The notes: generated by a model not told the origin, from the letters alone. A DNA stretch of 64,000 bases from Marispirochaeta sp. (GCA_963676835.2 CAXXFF010000004.1:480001-544000), one strand, 5' to 3'. Numbered from the stretch's first letter, positions 47,441-57,909 are shown. Numbers and translations: made by a program.

Positions 47441-48268
47441 CTAAAAATAGAGACTTACTCCTGTATCATAGCACATGAGTTCAGCCGTTTCGGAAGCCAG
47501 ATAATTTACTCCCCCGAATATTGTGAAGTTTTTCATATGAACATTGAGCCTGCTTTCAATATGTCCAAAGCTGATATTCTCAAAACCATAGCCCCCGGCC
47601 CGAAAGAAAAGGGAAACAGGCTTAAAGGGCCAGGACCGCAGAACAATTCCCCCGGCTCCTCCGGTTCTGTCGAGCATGCCCCCGAAGAAAGCCCCCTGGG
47701 CATAGAAAGACATGGAAAACAGATTGGCCTGAACCAGGGGAATATCCAGACCTGCAGTGGTTATATGCAGGGTGCTGGTCCCGTCGGAGATTACCCTGTA
47801 GTTGATATCGGGGCCGAAATACTGATTAAAGCGTCCCTGAAGCGACACCATAGCCCCCGGTTCCATATCTTCCGTAAGACTGCCGGCAGAAGAGAACTCC
47901 AGATAGTGATGTTTACGGGGGATTATGCGGGAATGCCGCCTGCCGTCATCAGCAATATCCAGGCTTTCCCAGTCGTGATTTATAAAGTTATTATCCTGCG
48001 GCTCCAGAGGCAGATAAGGCGCCGGATTGTAGTAAACAGTTCCGTTGTGGGCTACCCAGACCCAGACAGTAATCTGGAAGAGAAAATCAACAAAAGGATT
48101 GCTTCCTCCCCCGGATTGAGAATCATCAGAGCTGCCACCGGAGGATGCATTATCCTGCTCTTCTTTTTTCACGTCATCGCCGAAGCCCTGAAGGTCGGCC
48201 CAGAGTACTCCCGATGCACCAACAAACAGAATAAGCAGTACGATAAAGACTTTTTCCATTCTCCCCAT
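47441..48268 (-). CDS. Hypothetical exported protein, possible outer-membrane beta-barrel
   Basis: Signal peptide, amphipathic beta-strand pattern, C-terminal GVSLYF. Confidence 0.6.
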   Translation of the reverse strand: MGRMEKVFIVLLILFVGASGVLWADLQGFGDDVKKEEQDNASSGGSSDDSQSGGGSNPFVDFLFQITVWVWVAHNGTVYYNPAPYLPLEPQDNNFINHDWESLDIADDGRRHSRIIPRKHHYLEFSSAGSLTEDMEPGAMVSLQGRFNQYFGPDINYRVISDGTSTLHITTAGLDIPLVQANLFSMSFYAQGAFFGGMLDRTGGAGGIVLRSWPFKPVSLFFRAGGYGFENISFGHIESRLNVHMKNFTIFGGVNYLASETAELMCYDTGVSLYF

Positions 48269-48340
48269 ACCTTAAACCTAACCCATGAAATCAGCAATTG
48301 CAAGAATCATTCTTGCCTGTCTTCTTATATTCATAAAACA

Positions 48341-49306
48341 TTACTGCCCTTTACGGACAGAACTGATCCAGTCAGGAGGAGGAGCTTCAAACACTTCAGC
48401 AAAAGAACTCTGACTGTCCGGAAGTACAAAGGATAGCCTGCTGCTCTGCAGAGCCTGATGGTCCAGAACAAGGGTTTGCAAGTCCCCTGGCGTCATTTTC
48501 CCTGAAGCAAAGCGAAGAAAAAGAGTCTCATCCCTTCCATAGATTTTATCTCCCACCATGGGAAAGCCCAGGGAGCAAAGGGTAGCCCGAATCTGGTGAG
48601 TTTTTCCGGTGTATAAGGTACAGCGAAGCAGGGAAAAACCAGCCCCCCCTTCGAGGCGGGAAAACCCGGTTCTACAGTAGCTCCTTGACCCTGCCCCGGC
48701 ATCGCCGGGATCACGGGCATCGGAATCCTCAATATAGCGGCGCTTTTTACGGATTACACTGTCAGGGTCTTTTTCAAGCCATCCAGTGGCATCGAGACTC
48801 TCGGGAAAATCCCCATGAACCAGGGCCAGATACTCCTTTACTACCTGCCGGTTTTTAAGAATATCAAACATATAGGTTGCAGCTGCCTTATTCCTGGCGG
48901 CGACCATGAGCCCGGAGGTTTCCCGGTCCAGACGGTTTGCCAGGTATATCTCTCCGTAGCGCTCTTTCAGCATGGTTACCAGGGTGTTATGCAGATAAAT
49001 ACCGCCGGAATGACAGGGAAGATCGGGAGGCTTGTTAATTACCAGGATGTTTGGATCTTCATACACTATGGTGTAATTTCTGTTAACCTCCGGCTCGGGT
49101 ACCGGGGGAGGATCATAGCTGACCTGCATGCCCCGCTTAAGCAGGAGATCCGGCGGGACAAGCTCTCCATCCACAAGGATCCGTTTATCCCGGATCTCCT
49201 CCTCCCAGGCCTCCCTGCTGCGGTAGGTATAACGCCTGGAGAGCCAGAGAGAAAGGAATAGCCCCTCTTCCTGAGGGGCTATGGTCATATGACGTCGGTT
49301 ACGCAT
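48341..49306 (-). CDS. RluA family pseudouridine synthase
   Basis: S4-like N-terminus, INKPPDLPCH, NRLDRETSG, TGKTHQIR, VGDKIYG. Confidence 0.93.
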   Translation of the reverse strand: MRNRRHMTIAPQEEGLFLSLWLSRRYTYRSREAWEEEIRDKRILVDGELVPPDLLLKRGMQVSYDPPPVPEPEVNRNYTIVYEDPNILVINKPPDLPCHSGGIYLHNTLVTMLKERYGEIYLANRLDRETSGLMVAARNKAAATYMFDILKNRQVVKEYLALVHGDFPESLDATGWLEKDPDSVIRKKRRYIEDSDARDPGDAGAGSRSYCRTGFSRLEGGAGFSLLRCTLYTGKTHQIRATLCSLGFPMVGDKIYGRDETLFLRFASGKMTPGDLQTLVLDHQALQSSRLSFVLPDSQSSFAEVFEAPPPDWISSVRKGQ

Positions 49307-49324
49307 GTTTTCTGTGACTTGAAA

Positions 49325-50752
49325 TCAGATTGTTTCAATCTTCAGCATATTTGTACTGGGGCTTTCGATAAGGGGAATACCGGCAACATAGACCACCTTG
49401 TCTCCCCGGCTGACAAATCCCAGATCAAGAGCCTGCTTACGGGCCTTCTGAATAGTGGCGTCAGTTTCTCCTACATTATCCATAAGAAGACCTTCCACTC
49501 CCCAGAGAATTGAAAGTGACCGGATAACATCCTCATTCTCGGCAAAAGCAAGGATAGGCATGGAAACCCGGTACTTTGAGAGCATCCGGGCAGTACGGCC
49601 CCGCTTGGTAATAACAATAATTGCTGCGGCTTCGGCCTCTTCCGCCATACGGCAGGCAGCATGACAGATACTTTCGGAATCTGTGAGGGAACCATGGTTT
49701 TTAAGATACCCCCCTTTACGAACCAGGGCAGGCTTGCCTTCCGCAGCGGAGACCACCTGATCCATTATCCGGACTGCATTTGCAGGCCCCACCCCAACGG
49801 AAGTTTCCGCAGAAAGCATTACCGCATCGGTGCCGTCAAATACAGCATTGGCCACATCACTGGCCTCCGCTCTGGTGGGCCTCGGATTGGTAATCATGGA
49901 CTCAAGCATCTGGGTTGCTGTAATAACCGGAGTATTCGCCTGGTTGCACTTTTCGATGATCATCTTCTGCAGAATAGGCACTTCCTGGGTAGGCATCTCT
50001 ACCCCCAGATCGCCCCGGGCAACCATTACAATGTCCGCCTCGGCAATAATGCCGTCCAGATCGGCAATGGCTTCAGGCTTTTCAATCTTGGCAATAATAG
50101 GCAGGGTTTTTCCCCGGTCTTTCATGAGCCAGCGGAGCTCCTTGATATCGTCCCGGTTGCGGACAAAGGAGAGGGCAACAAAATCTATGGGGTGAGAGAT
50201 AATAAACTCCAGATCCTGCTTGTCCTTTTCAGAAATAGACGAAGCGCTCACCTTTACTCCGGGAAGGTTCAGTCCCTTACGGCTTTTAAGCACTCCGTCG
50301 TTCATTACTTTACAGCTTACCTTTACCTGATCGGTGGCGAGCACCTCCAGGCGGATAAGTCCGTCATCAATAAGAATGGTATCGCCCGGGGTAACATCCT
50401 CGGCCAGTTTTTTATAAGCAGTGGGAACGCACTCACGGGTGCCTTTGCATTTTTCTGTAGTAATTATCAGCTCTTCCCCTTCGGCAACGGGGATTTCATT
50501 TTCCAGATCTCCCAGACGGATTTTCGGACCGCAGAGGTCGGCAAGAATTGCGATGGGCCTGCCGGTTCTTGCCGCCGCTTCTTTAACATTGGCTACAGCC
50601 TGTCCGTGAAATTCATAGTCTCCGTGGGAAAAATTCAGCCGGACTATATCCAGTCCTGCATGAATCATCTTTTCGAGCATAGCCGTCTCTATGGAGGCGG
50701 GTCCGACGGTTCCTATGATCTTAGTCTTGGTAAATATCTTATCTCTGTTCAT
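49325..50752 (-). CDS. pyk: Pyruvate kinase
   Basis: TKIIGTVGPAS, RLNFSHG, IAKIEKPEA, MVARGDLGVE, TATQMLESM, PTRAEASDVANAVFDGTDAVMLS. Confidence 0.97.
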   Translation of the reverse strand: MNRDKIFTKTKIIGTVGPASIETAMLEKMIHAGLDIVRLNFSHGDYEFHGQAVANVKEAAARTGRPIAILADLCGPKIRLGDLENEIPVAEGEELIITTEKCKGTRECVPTAYKKLAEDVTPGDTILIDDGLIRLEVLATDQVKVSCKVMNDGVLKSRKGLNLPGVKVSASSISEKDKQDLEFIISHPIDFVALSFVRNRDDIKELRWLMKDRGKTLPIIAKIEKPEAIADLDGIIAEADIVMVARGDLGVEMPTQEVPILQKMIIEKCNQANTPVITATQMLESMITNPRPTRAEASDVANAVFDGTDAVMLSAETSVGVGPANAVRIMDQVVSAAEGKPALVRKGGYLKNHGSLTDSESICHAACRMAEEAEAAAIIVITKRGRTARMLSKYRVSMPILAFAENEDVIRSLSILWGVEGLLMDNVGETDATIQKARKQALDLGFVSRGDKVVYVAGIPLIESPSTNMLKIETI

Positions 50753-50857
50753 ATCTATAATGGTACAATTCCGTTGCCGCTATAGCAAGTAGATTGAAAT
50801 TTATACATGGAGGATTAATCCCTTTTTAACCTTCTCTTTACAGGCTACACTGTAACC

Positions 50858-51541
50858 ATGACAGATAAGAGACAGCAAACCCGAACCTGGATTGAATCAC
50901 ATATTCCCCTGAAAGCAGAACTTCCAAAAGCAGAAGAGCGGATCAACAGCCTTACCCATGCAGCGGGCCTGCTGCTTGCTTTGGGAGGAACAGTCCCGCT
51001 TATACTGCGGGCACAGGAGGGCGGACTCCCCTGGATGACCTTCTCTGCCATGGCCTTCTCCCTCTCCATGATACTCCTCTATGGAGCCTCGGCGGTCTAT
51101 CACATCCTGAACCACGGATTCAGCAAACGAATAGGACGGATATTTGACCATCTTGCTATCTACCTGCTCATTGCCGGAACCTATACTCCCATTGCCTTTC
51201 GAATCTGGGAACCTGAAGGCCCGGTGATTCTGGCTATTCTCTGGGCCCTGGTTGCTGCAGGAATCCTCCTGAAAATTTTCTTCTGGCAAAGAATGCGGGC
51301 ACTGCATACCGCAGTCTACCTGGCCATGGGATGGCTGATTGTATTTTTCTGGAAACCCGTAACCGAAAGAATCCCCGGGGAATTTCTTCCCTGGGCCCTT
51401 GCCGGGGGACTGTCATATACAATTGGTGTAGTTTTCTACGCCTGGAAAAAACTGCCCTGGTCCCACGCCATCTGGCATCTTTTTGTACTGGCAGGATCCG
51501 TCGCTTTTTATCTGGGGATTTACCGGCATATTCTGGTCTGA
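50858..51541 (+). CDS. Hemolysin III / PAQR family membrane protein
   Basis: EERINSLTH, SAVYH, DHLAIYLLIAGTYTP, HAIWHLFV. Confidence 0.93.
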   Translation: MTDKRQQTRTWIESHIPLKAELPKAEERINSLTHAAGLLLALGGTVPLILRAQEGGLPWMTFSAMAFSLSMILLYGASAVYHILNHGFSKRIGRIFDHLAIYLLIAGTYTPIAFRIWEPEGPVILAILWALVAAGILLKIFFWQRMRALHTAVYLAMGWLIVFFWKPVTERIPGEFLPWALAGGLSYTIGVVFYAWKKLPWSHAIWHLFVLAGSVAFYLGIYRHILV

Positions 51542-51749
51542 TACCGTTGACACTTCTATCCCTTCTTACACTTCTTCTCCTCCCGCGAGTACGCGGAGTA
51601 TTCAGGCAAAACCGGGTTTATGGTTATCTGAATAGAACCATTTCACGTTACACTTTCTCATGAAAGAGTTGAATTTATGAATGCTGAGTAAGTTCCCGGA
51701 TTTTACACAAAATATATTTAGAGTTTGACAAAATATACTTTACGATACT

Positions 51750-51781
51750 AAAGTAAAATAAGTAAAAATGTATTTTACTTT
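51750..51781. promoter_or_regulatory. Inverted repeat (putative operator) upstream of the Fic gene
   Basis: AAAGTAAAATA-10-TATTTTACTTT, overlapping TTGACA(51725)-18-TAAAGT. Confidence 0.55.
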
Positions 51782-51792
51782 TGAGGGCATAA

Positions 51793-52929
51793 ATGGACAT
51801 AAAAGATTTTGTTTCCGGGACTTTCAAAGCGGGATATCAATATAAGTACTTTCTCCCTGAAGCAATAAACCACGAATGGATCTGGACTGATGCGACAATA
51901 AATTCTCTCCTAGAACGGGCATCACTCCGGCTGGGAGAACTTAATTCATTTTCCCGACTGGTTCCTGATACAGATATGTTTATCATTATGCACGTATTCA
52001 AGGAAGCAGTAGTCTCAAGCAGAATAGAGGGAACACAAACAAATATTGAAGAAGCACTTACTGATGAAAAGGAAATAGATCCGGAGAGAAGGAATGACTG
52101 GCTTGAGGTTCATAATTATGTGGAAGCCCTGAATAATGCTATCTCCGAGTTGCAGCGTCTTCCTCTTTCATGCCGTCTTATAAAAAATACTCATCGGATA
52201 CTGCTTTCTCATGGCAGGGGTGACACAAAAACCCCTGGGGAGTTTCGTGTATCACAGAACTGGATAGGCGGTGCGACTCTTGCTGATGCCGTGTTTATAC
52301 CTCCCGGTCATGAAGAACTGCCGGATTTACTGTCTGATTTTGAAACATTTCTTAATAATTCTGAACTTTCCATCCCTCACCTGATCCGGATTGCTATTGC
52401 CCATTATCAGTTTGAAACAATACACCCATTTCTTGACGGTAACGGGAGGATCGGAAGATTACTTATAACCCTTTATCTTGTCTCTTCAGGAATACTTCAT
52501 CAACCGCTCCTTTATCTTTCAGATTTTTTTGAGAAAAACAAAACCCTCTATTATGAGAACCTGACTTTTGTGCGCACAAAGAATGACCTTGTCCAATGGA
52601 TCCGTTTCTTTCTGACCGGGGTGGCAGAAACAGCTGCCCGGTCCTGTGAAACCCTTCAGCACATACTGACACTGAAAGACCGAATAGAAAAAGAGACAAT
52701 TGTCAGCATGGGGAAACGTTCGCCCCAGGGATTGGCGCTGTTTCAGAAGCTGTTTTCCAAACCAGTATTGACAGTACGGGATGCCCGGGAAATGAGCGGA
52801 TTGTCACTGAAAGCGGCAAATAATCTGGTACAGTTATTTGTTGAAAAAGGTATTTTGCATGAGGTCACAGGCTATAAGAGAAACCGTATTTTTATGTTTT
52901 CTGAATATATAAGGCTGTTCAGCGTTTGA
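51793..52929 (+). CDS. Fic family protein (class II-like) with C-terminal HTH
   Basis: Canonical HPFLDGNGRIGR; N-terminal SSRIEG inhibitory motif; C-terminal EVTGYKRNRIF. Confidence 0.92.
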   Translation: MDIKDFVSGTFKAGYQYKYFLPEAINHEWIWTDATINSLLERASLRLGELNSFSRLVPDTDMFIIMHVFKEAVVSSRIEGTQTNIEEALTDEKEIDPERRNDWLEVHNYVEALNNAISELQRLPLSCRLIKNTHRILLSHGRGDTKTPGEFRVSQNWIGGATLADAVFIPPGHEELPDLLSDFETFLNNSELSIPHLIRIAIAHYQFETIHPFLDGNGRIGRLLITLYLVSSGILHQPLLYLSDFFEKNKTLYYENLTFVRTKNDLVQWIRFFLTGVAETAARSCETLQHILTLKDRIEKETIVSMGKRSPQGLALFQKLFSKPVLTVRDAREMSGLSLKAANNLVQLFVEKGILHEVTGYKRNRIFMFSEYIRLFSV

Positions 52930-53029
52930 CAGTAAAAAGGAGATTCCTGATAGGGTTAGATTGTCTTTGTCTCCTGCTCAGCATGGAAAATTTCCTCTGC
53001 AACTATAATATTTCGTATATTTTAACCAC

Positions 53030-53518
53030 ATGAACTATTCACTTTTTATCGATCTTGACGGTGTTCTGGTTGATTTTGACCAGGGAGTGCTTCAAAGCAC
53101 CGGGAAATATCCCGGGGAGCAGAGCCCGGGCCGGATGTGGTCAATTCTGGCCCGAACCGAGGACTTTTATAACATTCTCGACTGGACACAGGACGGCCGC
53201 AGCCTGTGGGATTATGTACAGAACTTCTCCCCGCGGATTCTTACCGGCCTGCCCCGGGGAAAATGGGCGGAACCCCAGAAACGAAACTGGTGCAGCCGGG
53301 AACTTGGGCCGGACGTTCCGGTAACCACCTGCATGTCCAGGGAAAAAGCCTTAAAAGCAAAAGAGCTCACTCCCGAAGGGCAGATACCGGTACTGGTTGA
53401 CGACCGTATTCGCCTGAAAGAGGCCTGGGAAGAGATGGGAGGCATTTTTATCCATCATACCTCCGCCGTATCCAGTATCGCTGCATTGAGGAACGTTGGC
53501 TTGGCCAATTTATCTTAA
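53030..53518 (+). CDS. HAD-superfamily hydrolase, 5'(3')-nucleotidase-like
   Basis: FIDLDGVLVDF, ILTG, K..W, LVDDR, W..MGG.FI.H. Confidence 0.75.
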   Translation: MNYSLFIDLDGVLVDFDQGVLQSTGKYPGEQSPGRMWSILARTEDFYNILDWTQDGRSLWDYVQNFSPRILTGLPRGKWAEPQKRNWCSRELGPDVPVTTCMSREKALKAKELTPEGQIPVLVDDRIRLKEAWEEMGGIFIHHTSAVSSIAALRNVGLANLS

Positions 53519-53593
53519 TTTTCTCTATTATTGTATGTTTTTTCTTGTCAAAACACTTGTAATAGATAAAAAAGTACTGTAATATGCACCCAT

Positions 53594-53701
53594 TGTCAGA
53601 GAGCTTGCCGGACCAGTTGATCATCAGAAGGCAAGCAGCCGGGGTGCATTCTTATACTTCTAAGCCTGACAAAGCACCTCGTTCCGGCGGGCTCTATGAC
53701 A
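53594..53701 (+). ncRNA. Candidate structured non-coding RNA, family not recognised
   Basis: Promoter TTGTAA-17-TAATAT (53557-53585); closing stem TGTCA.AGAGCTTGCCGGA / TCCGGCGGGCTCT.TGACA; inner stem CGGGGTGC/GCACCTCG; G-U pairs favour the + strand. Confidence 0.6.
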
Positions 53702-53793
53702 TACTTTCCTTAATCTTCCTCACAAACTCCCTTGCCAAGAACAGCTAAACTGCCTATTTTAGTCTCTGTAGATTCTCAAAACAGGGAGTATCC

Positions 53794-55125
53794 ATGGCTG
53801 TAACCAATACTGCAATTCTTATACTCGGGGCGTCCGGAGACCTTGCCAAGCGCAAACTTATCCCCGCCCTTGAACGTCTGTACAGCAAAGAAGAGATAGA
53901 CAACAGCTGCAGGATTATAGGCTCCGGCCGGACGGCCTTTACTGACGAAGAGTTCCGAAATCATTTTGAAATTCCTGAAGACTTCGCGGGGATGCTCCAT
54001 TACCATCAGGGACTGGCTGGAATTCGGGACTACGTATACAGCCTGAAGCAGTTTGACCGGGTAATTATCTTCTTCTCCCTGCCCCCCAGAGTATACGGCA
54101 GTACAGCGGCAGAACTGAGTGTCGAAGGATTCGGCAAAGAGACTACCCTGATTATAGAAAAGCCCTTCGGCTACGATGCAGAAAGTGCCCGGGTACTGAA
54201 CAGAGAACTCCAGAGCTACTTTGATGAACTGCAGATTTTCCGGATCGACCATTACCTTGCCAAGGAAGCGGTACAGAACATTCTGGTATTCCGCTTTGCA
54301 AATGCCCTTTTTCACCCCTTGTGGAACTCAAAATACATCGAGTCAATTCAGATAAATGCCCTGGAAGATATCGGCGTGGAAGACCGGGGAGCCTATTTCG
54401 ATGGTGCCGGCATAATCCGGGATATGATTCAGAATCATCTTATGCAGCTTCTCTGCCTGCTTACTATGGAAGCCCCGGTAACTCTGGAAGCTGAGGAAAT
54501 CCGTAACCAGAAAATGCAGGTACTGAAGGCCCTGGAGGTAAAACGCTGGGCAAAAATGCAGTACCAGGGCTACCACGACGAAAAAGGTGTGCCGGCGGGC
54601 TCCAAAACAGAAACCTATGCTGAAATAGAACTGACCATCAACAACTTCCGCTGGACGGGGATTCCCATCTATGTCCGTACAGGAAAAGCCGTCGGCCGAA
54701 AAGGGACCGAAATAGGCATCCGCTTTAAACAGGGACCGAAACTGCTCTACAACAGCGACGGCGGGGTTCCTCCCAACCAGATTATCTTCAATATTCAGCC
54801 CGACGCGGGGATTCTCATGGACTTTATGACCAAGGAACCGGGAGCTGACGGCAAGCTCAGCTCCACCAGTATGACCTTCTGCTACTCCGACAGCTTCCGC
54901 GATGCGGACATACCCGAAGCCTACCAGAAACTGCTTTTAGATGCCCTGAAGGGCGACCGAACCCTCTTTGTCAGCGCGAAGGAGACGGAACTCTCCTGGG
55001 AGAAGTTTGCTGAGGCCCTGAAAGAGGAGATGCCCGGAAGTTATCAGCCGGGGCAGCTGCCTGAATCAGCCCTGGGCATCGACTGGATAGAGTTTGAGAA
55101 CTACGGGTCTGCCTGCAGATACTAG
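53794..55125 (+). CDS. zwf: Glucose-6-phosphate 1-dehydrogenase
   Basis: GASGDLAKRKL, IEKPFG, RIDHYLAKE, RDMIQNHLMQ, RWTGIPIYVRTGK; candidate own promoter TTGCCA-17-TATTTT (53732-53760). Confidence 0.93.
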   Translation: MAVTNTAILILGASGDLAKRKLIPALERLYSKEEIDNSCRIIGSGRTAFTDEEFRNHFEIPEDFAGMLHYHQGLAGIRDYVYSLKQFDRVIIFFSLPPRVYGSTAAELSVEGFGKETTLIIEKPFGYDAESARVLNRELQSYFDELQIFRIDHYLAKEAVQNILVFRFANALFHPLWNSKYIESIQINALEDIGVEDRGAYFDGAGIIRDMIQNHLMQLLCLLTMEAPVTLEAEEIRNQKMQVLKALEVKRWAKMQYQGYHDEKGVPAGSKTETYAEIELTINNFRWTGIPIYVRTGKAVGRKGTEIGIRFKQGPKLLYNSDGGVPPNQIIFNIQPDAGILMDFMTKEPGADGKLSSTSMTFCYSDSFRDADIPEAYQKLLLDALKGDRTLFVSAKETELSWEKFAEALKEEMPGSYQPGQLPESALGIDWIEFENYGSACRY

Positions 55126-55275
55126 GATTTTCTCCATTTTAAAGCCAATTACCGCCAAGCTCTGCCCCTGTTATTTTTTCGAACATTCATCTATTATTGA
55201 TTTCTGCTATAGAATTCTGCAATATATAGCATTCAATAATAGACACCGTTTTACAGGGAAGGAGTTTACAGGTCC

Positions 55276-57909
55276 ATGTCTGAAACCGCACAGAACCTTA
55301 CAGTACAGGGAAAAGAGTACCGTATTTTTAATGTATCAAAGCTGAATATCCCCGGGGGAATCAAATCTCTCCCCTACTCAATAAGAATCCTGCTGGAAAA
55401 CGTACTGCGGAAAAGCAGCCTCGGCCAGGCAGCGGAAGCTGATATTCAGAAGGTACTGGCATATGCCGAAAAACCGGGTCAGGATATATCCTACTACCCC
55501 GCCAGAGTTCTGATGCAGGACTTTACCGGAGTAGCCGCGGTTGTGGACCTTGCGGCCATGCGGAATGCCATGGTGGCAAAAGGCGGAGACCCCAAAAAAA
55601 TCAATCCCCTTATTCCGGTGGACCTGATTATCGACCACTCGGTACAGATCGACTACTGGCAGGGTGGAGATTCTCTGGCAAAGAACGTCGACATGGAATA
55701 CACCCGTAACACCGAACGCTACCGGCTCCTCAAATGGGCCTCGGAAAGCATGGATAACTTCCGGGTGGTTCCTCCCAATTCAGGAATCTGCCACCAGATA
55801 AACTTTGAAAACCTCGGACAGATTGTCCGGGAAAACAGCGAAGGCGGCATATCAACCCTGCTGCCTGATTCGGTAATCGGCACCGACTCCCACACCACCA
55901 TGATCGACGGACTGGGTATAATGGGCTGGGGTGTAGGCGGAATTGAAGCAGAAGCAGTTCTTCTGGGACAGGCCTATGTAATGCCCGTTCCGGAAGTAAT
56001 CGGTGTAAAGCTTACCGGCAGTCTTCCCGACGGCGTAACCGCCACCGATGCAGTACTGACCCTTACCCAGATGCTGCGGAAAGAGGGCGTTGTGGGCAAG
56101 TTCGTAGAGTACTTCGGCCCCGGCATGAGTGCCCTGCCCCTTCCCGACCGGGCAACCATTGCCAACATGAGCCCGGAGTACGGCGCCACCATGGGATTTT
56201 TCCCGGTGGATGATAAGACTATCGCCTATCTTAAAGAGACGGGCCGCGAAAAAGAGGCGGCCATCAGTGAAGCATATCTGAAAGAGACGGGGATGTTCTT
56301 CTCAGCCGACTCAGAACCTGTCTACAACAAGGTCTTAAGCCTGGATCTTTCCACTGTTCAGCCCTCCCTTGCAGGCCCCTACCGGCCCCAGGACAGAATC
56401 AACCTGTCCGATGTTCCCGCAGCCTTTGCAGCGGAACTGGAAAAGGTGAGCCCCGAAACAAAAAGCGCCACCTTCCCCATGACCATAGACGGAGAAGAAG
56501 TACAGGTTCCCCACGGAGCCATTGCCATCGCCTCCATTACCAGCTGTACCAATACCTCCAATCCCTTTGTAATGATCGGAGCAGGGCTGCTGGCCAAAAA
56601 CGCCAGGGCAAAGGGGCTGAAGCCGCCCAAATGGGTAAAACCCTCGGTTGCTCCGGGCTCCCAGGTTGTACTGGACTACCTTGACCGCGCGGGCCTCACA
56701 GATGAGCTTGAAGGCATCGGCTTTGCGGTTACCGCCCTGGGCTGCGCCACCTGTATTGGAAACTCAGGCCCTCTTCCCGACTACGTTACCGAAAGTATCG
56801 ACAAGCACGGCCTTTTAACCGCTTCTGTAGGCTCGGGAAACCGTAACTTTGAAGCCAGGATTCACCAGAAGGTACGCTTCAACTACCTGATGAGCCCCAT
56901 CTACGTTGTGGCCTATGCCCTGGCGGGCCGGATGAACCTGGACATGATCAATGAGCCCCTGGGCAAAGATTCCGCCGGCAACGATGTATTCCTGAAAGAT
57001 ATCCTGCCCTCTTCCGACGAGATTAATGCTGCAATGGCTAAAGCAGTTAAGTCCGAGGACTTCGTAAACCGCTACAGCAAGATCTACGACGGTGACGAGA
57101 AATGGCGGTCCTTGAAGGTAGACAAGAGCGAGCTCTTCCCCTGGGACCCGGATTCCACCTACATCCGCCAGCCGGAATTCTTTGACGCACCCGAGGGCGA
57201 CCCAAGCGTGCTGGAAGGCGCCCGGGCCCTTGGTGTCTTCGGGGATTCCATAACCACCGACCACATAAGCCCCGCCGGAACCATTGCAGCGGACTACCCT
57301 GCAGGCAAGTACCTGCTGGAGAAAGGGGTCAAGAAGAACGACTTCAACAGCTACGGCTCCCGCCGGGGGAACCACGAAGTAATGATGCGGGGAACCTTTG
57401 CCAATATCCGTATAAAAAATCAGCTGGTACCGGAAAAAACCGGCGGCTACACCCGCAGGACAGAAAGCGGCGAGGTTGAATACATATGGGATGCGGCGGA
57501 AAAATACATGGCCGAAAAAACACCCCTTATCGTACTGGCCGGCACCGAGTACGGTACCGGATCCTCCAGGGACTGGGCCGCAAAAGGCCCGCGCCTGCAG
57601 GGAGTACGGGCGGCAATTGCCATGAGCTTTGAGAGAATCCACCGGAGTAACCTGGTAGGCATGGGAATTGTACCGTTGAAATTTGCAGAAGGTGAGTCCG
57701 CAGAAAGTCTGGGACTGACCGGCTTTGAAACCTACTCCATCAAAGGCCTGGGAGATCTGCTGCCGGGGACCGTTGCGGAGGTAACAGCCACCGATGCTGA
57801 CGGCAAGACAACCACCTTCAAGGCGGAGCTGATGGTTTATTCAGGAGTCGAGGCTGAGTTTATTAAAAGCGGCGGGGTGCTGCCCTATGTAATTGAGCAG
57901 CTGAAGTAG
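55276..57909 (+). CDS. acnA: Aconitate hydratase A
   Basis: RVLMQDFTGV, DHSVQ, GTDSHT, SCTNTSNP, GCATCIGNSG, TTDHISPAG, YGTGSSRDWAAKG. Confidence 0.96.
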   Translation: MSETAQNLTVQGKEYRIFNVSKLNIPGGIKSLPYSIRILLENVLRKSSLGQAAEADIQKVLAYAEKPGQDISYYPARVLMQDFTGVAAVVDLAAMRNAMVAKGGDPKKINPLIPVDLIIDHSVQIDYWQGGDSLAKNVDMEYTRNTERYRLLKWASESMDNFRVVPPNSGICHQINFENLGQIVRENSEGGISTLLPDSVIGTDSHTTMIDGLGIMGWGVGGIEAEAVLLGQAYVMPVPEVIGVKLTGSLPDGVTATDAVLTLTQMLRKEGVVGKFVEYFGPGMSALPLPDRATIANMSPEYGATMGFFPVDDKTIAYLKETGREKEAAISEAYLKETGMFFSADSEPVYNKVLSLDLSTVQPSLAGPYRPQDRINLSDVPAAFAAELEKVSPETKSATFPMTIDGEEVQVPHGAIAIASITSCTNTSNPFVMIGAGLLAKNARAKGLKPPKWVKPSVAPGSQVVLDYLDRAGLTDELEGIGFAVTALGCATCIGNSGPLPDYVTESIDKHGLLTASVGSGNRNFEARIHQKVRFNYLMSPIYVVAYALAGRMNLDMINEPLGKDSAGNDVFLKDILPSSDEINAAMAKAVKSEDFVNRYSKIYDGDEKWRSLKVDKSELFPWDPDSTYIRQPEFFDAPEGDPSVLEGARALGVFGDSITTDHISPAGTIAADYPAGKYLLEKGVKKNDFNSYGSRRGNHEVMMRGTFANIRIKNQLVPEKTGGYTRRTESGEVEYIWDAAEKYMAEKTPLIVLAGTEYGTGSSRDWAAKGPRLQGVRAAIAMSFERIHRSNLVGMGIVPLKFAEGESAESLGLTGFETYSIKGLGDLLPGTVAEVTATDADGKTTTFKAELMVYSGVEAEFIKSGGVLPYVIEQLK

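Noticed and set aside
51583..51640. Hairpin with GGCAAAACC as a c-di-GMP-I riboswitch
   Set aside because: No GNRA-capped P2 or second GCAAA/P3 arrangement; only a simple TATTCAG/CTGAATA stem
53794..55125. zwf as a truncated pseudogene (443 aa, shorter than typical)
   Set aside because: All catalytic motifs are present in one frame with an SD and a candidate promoter
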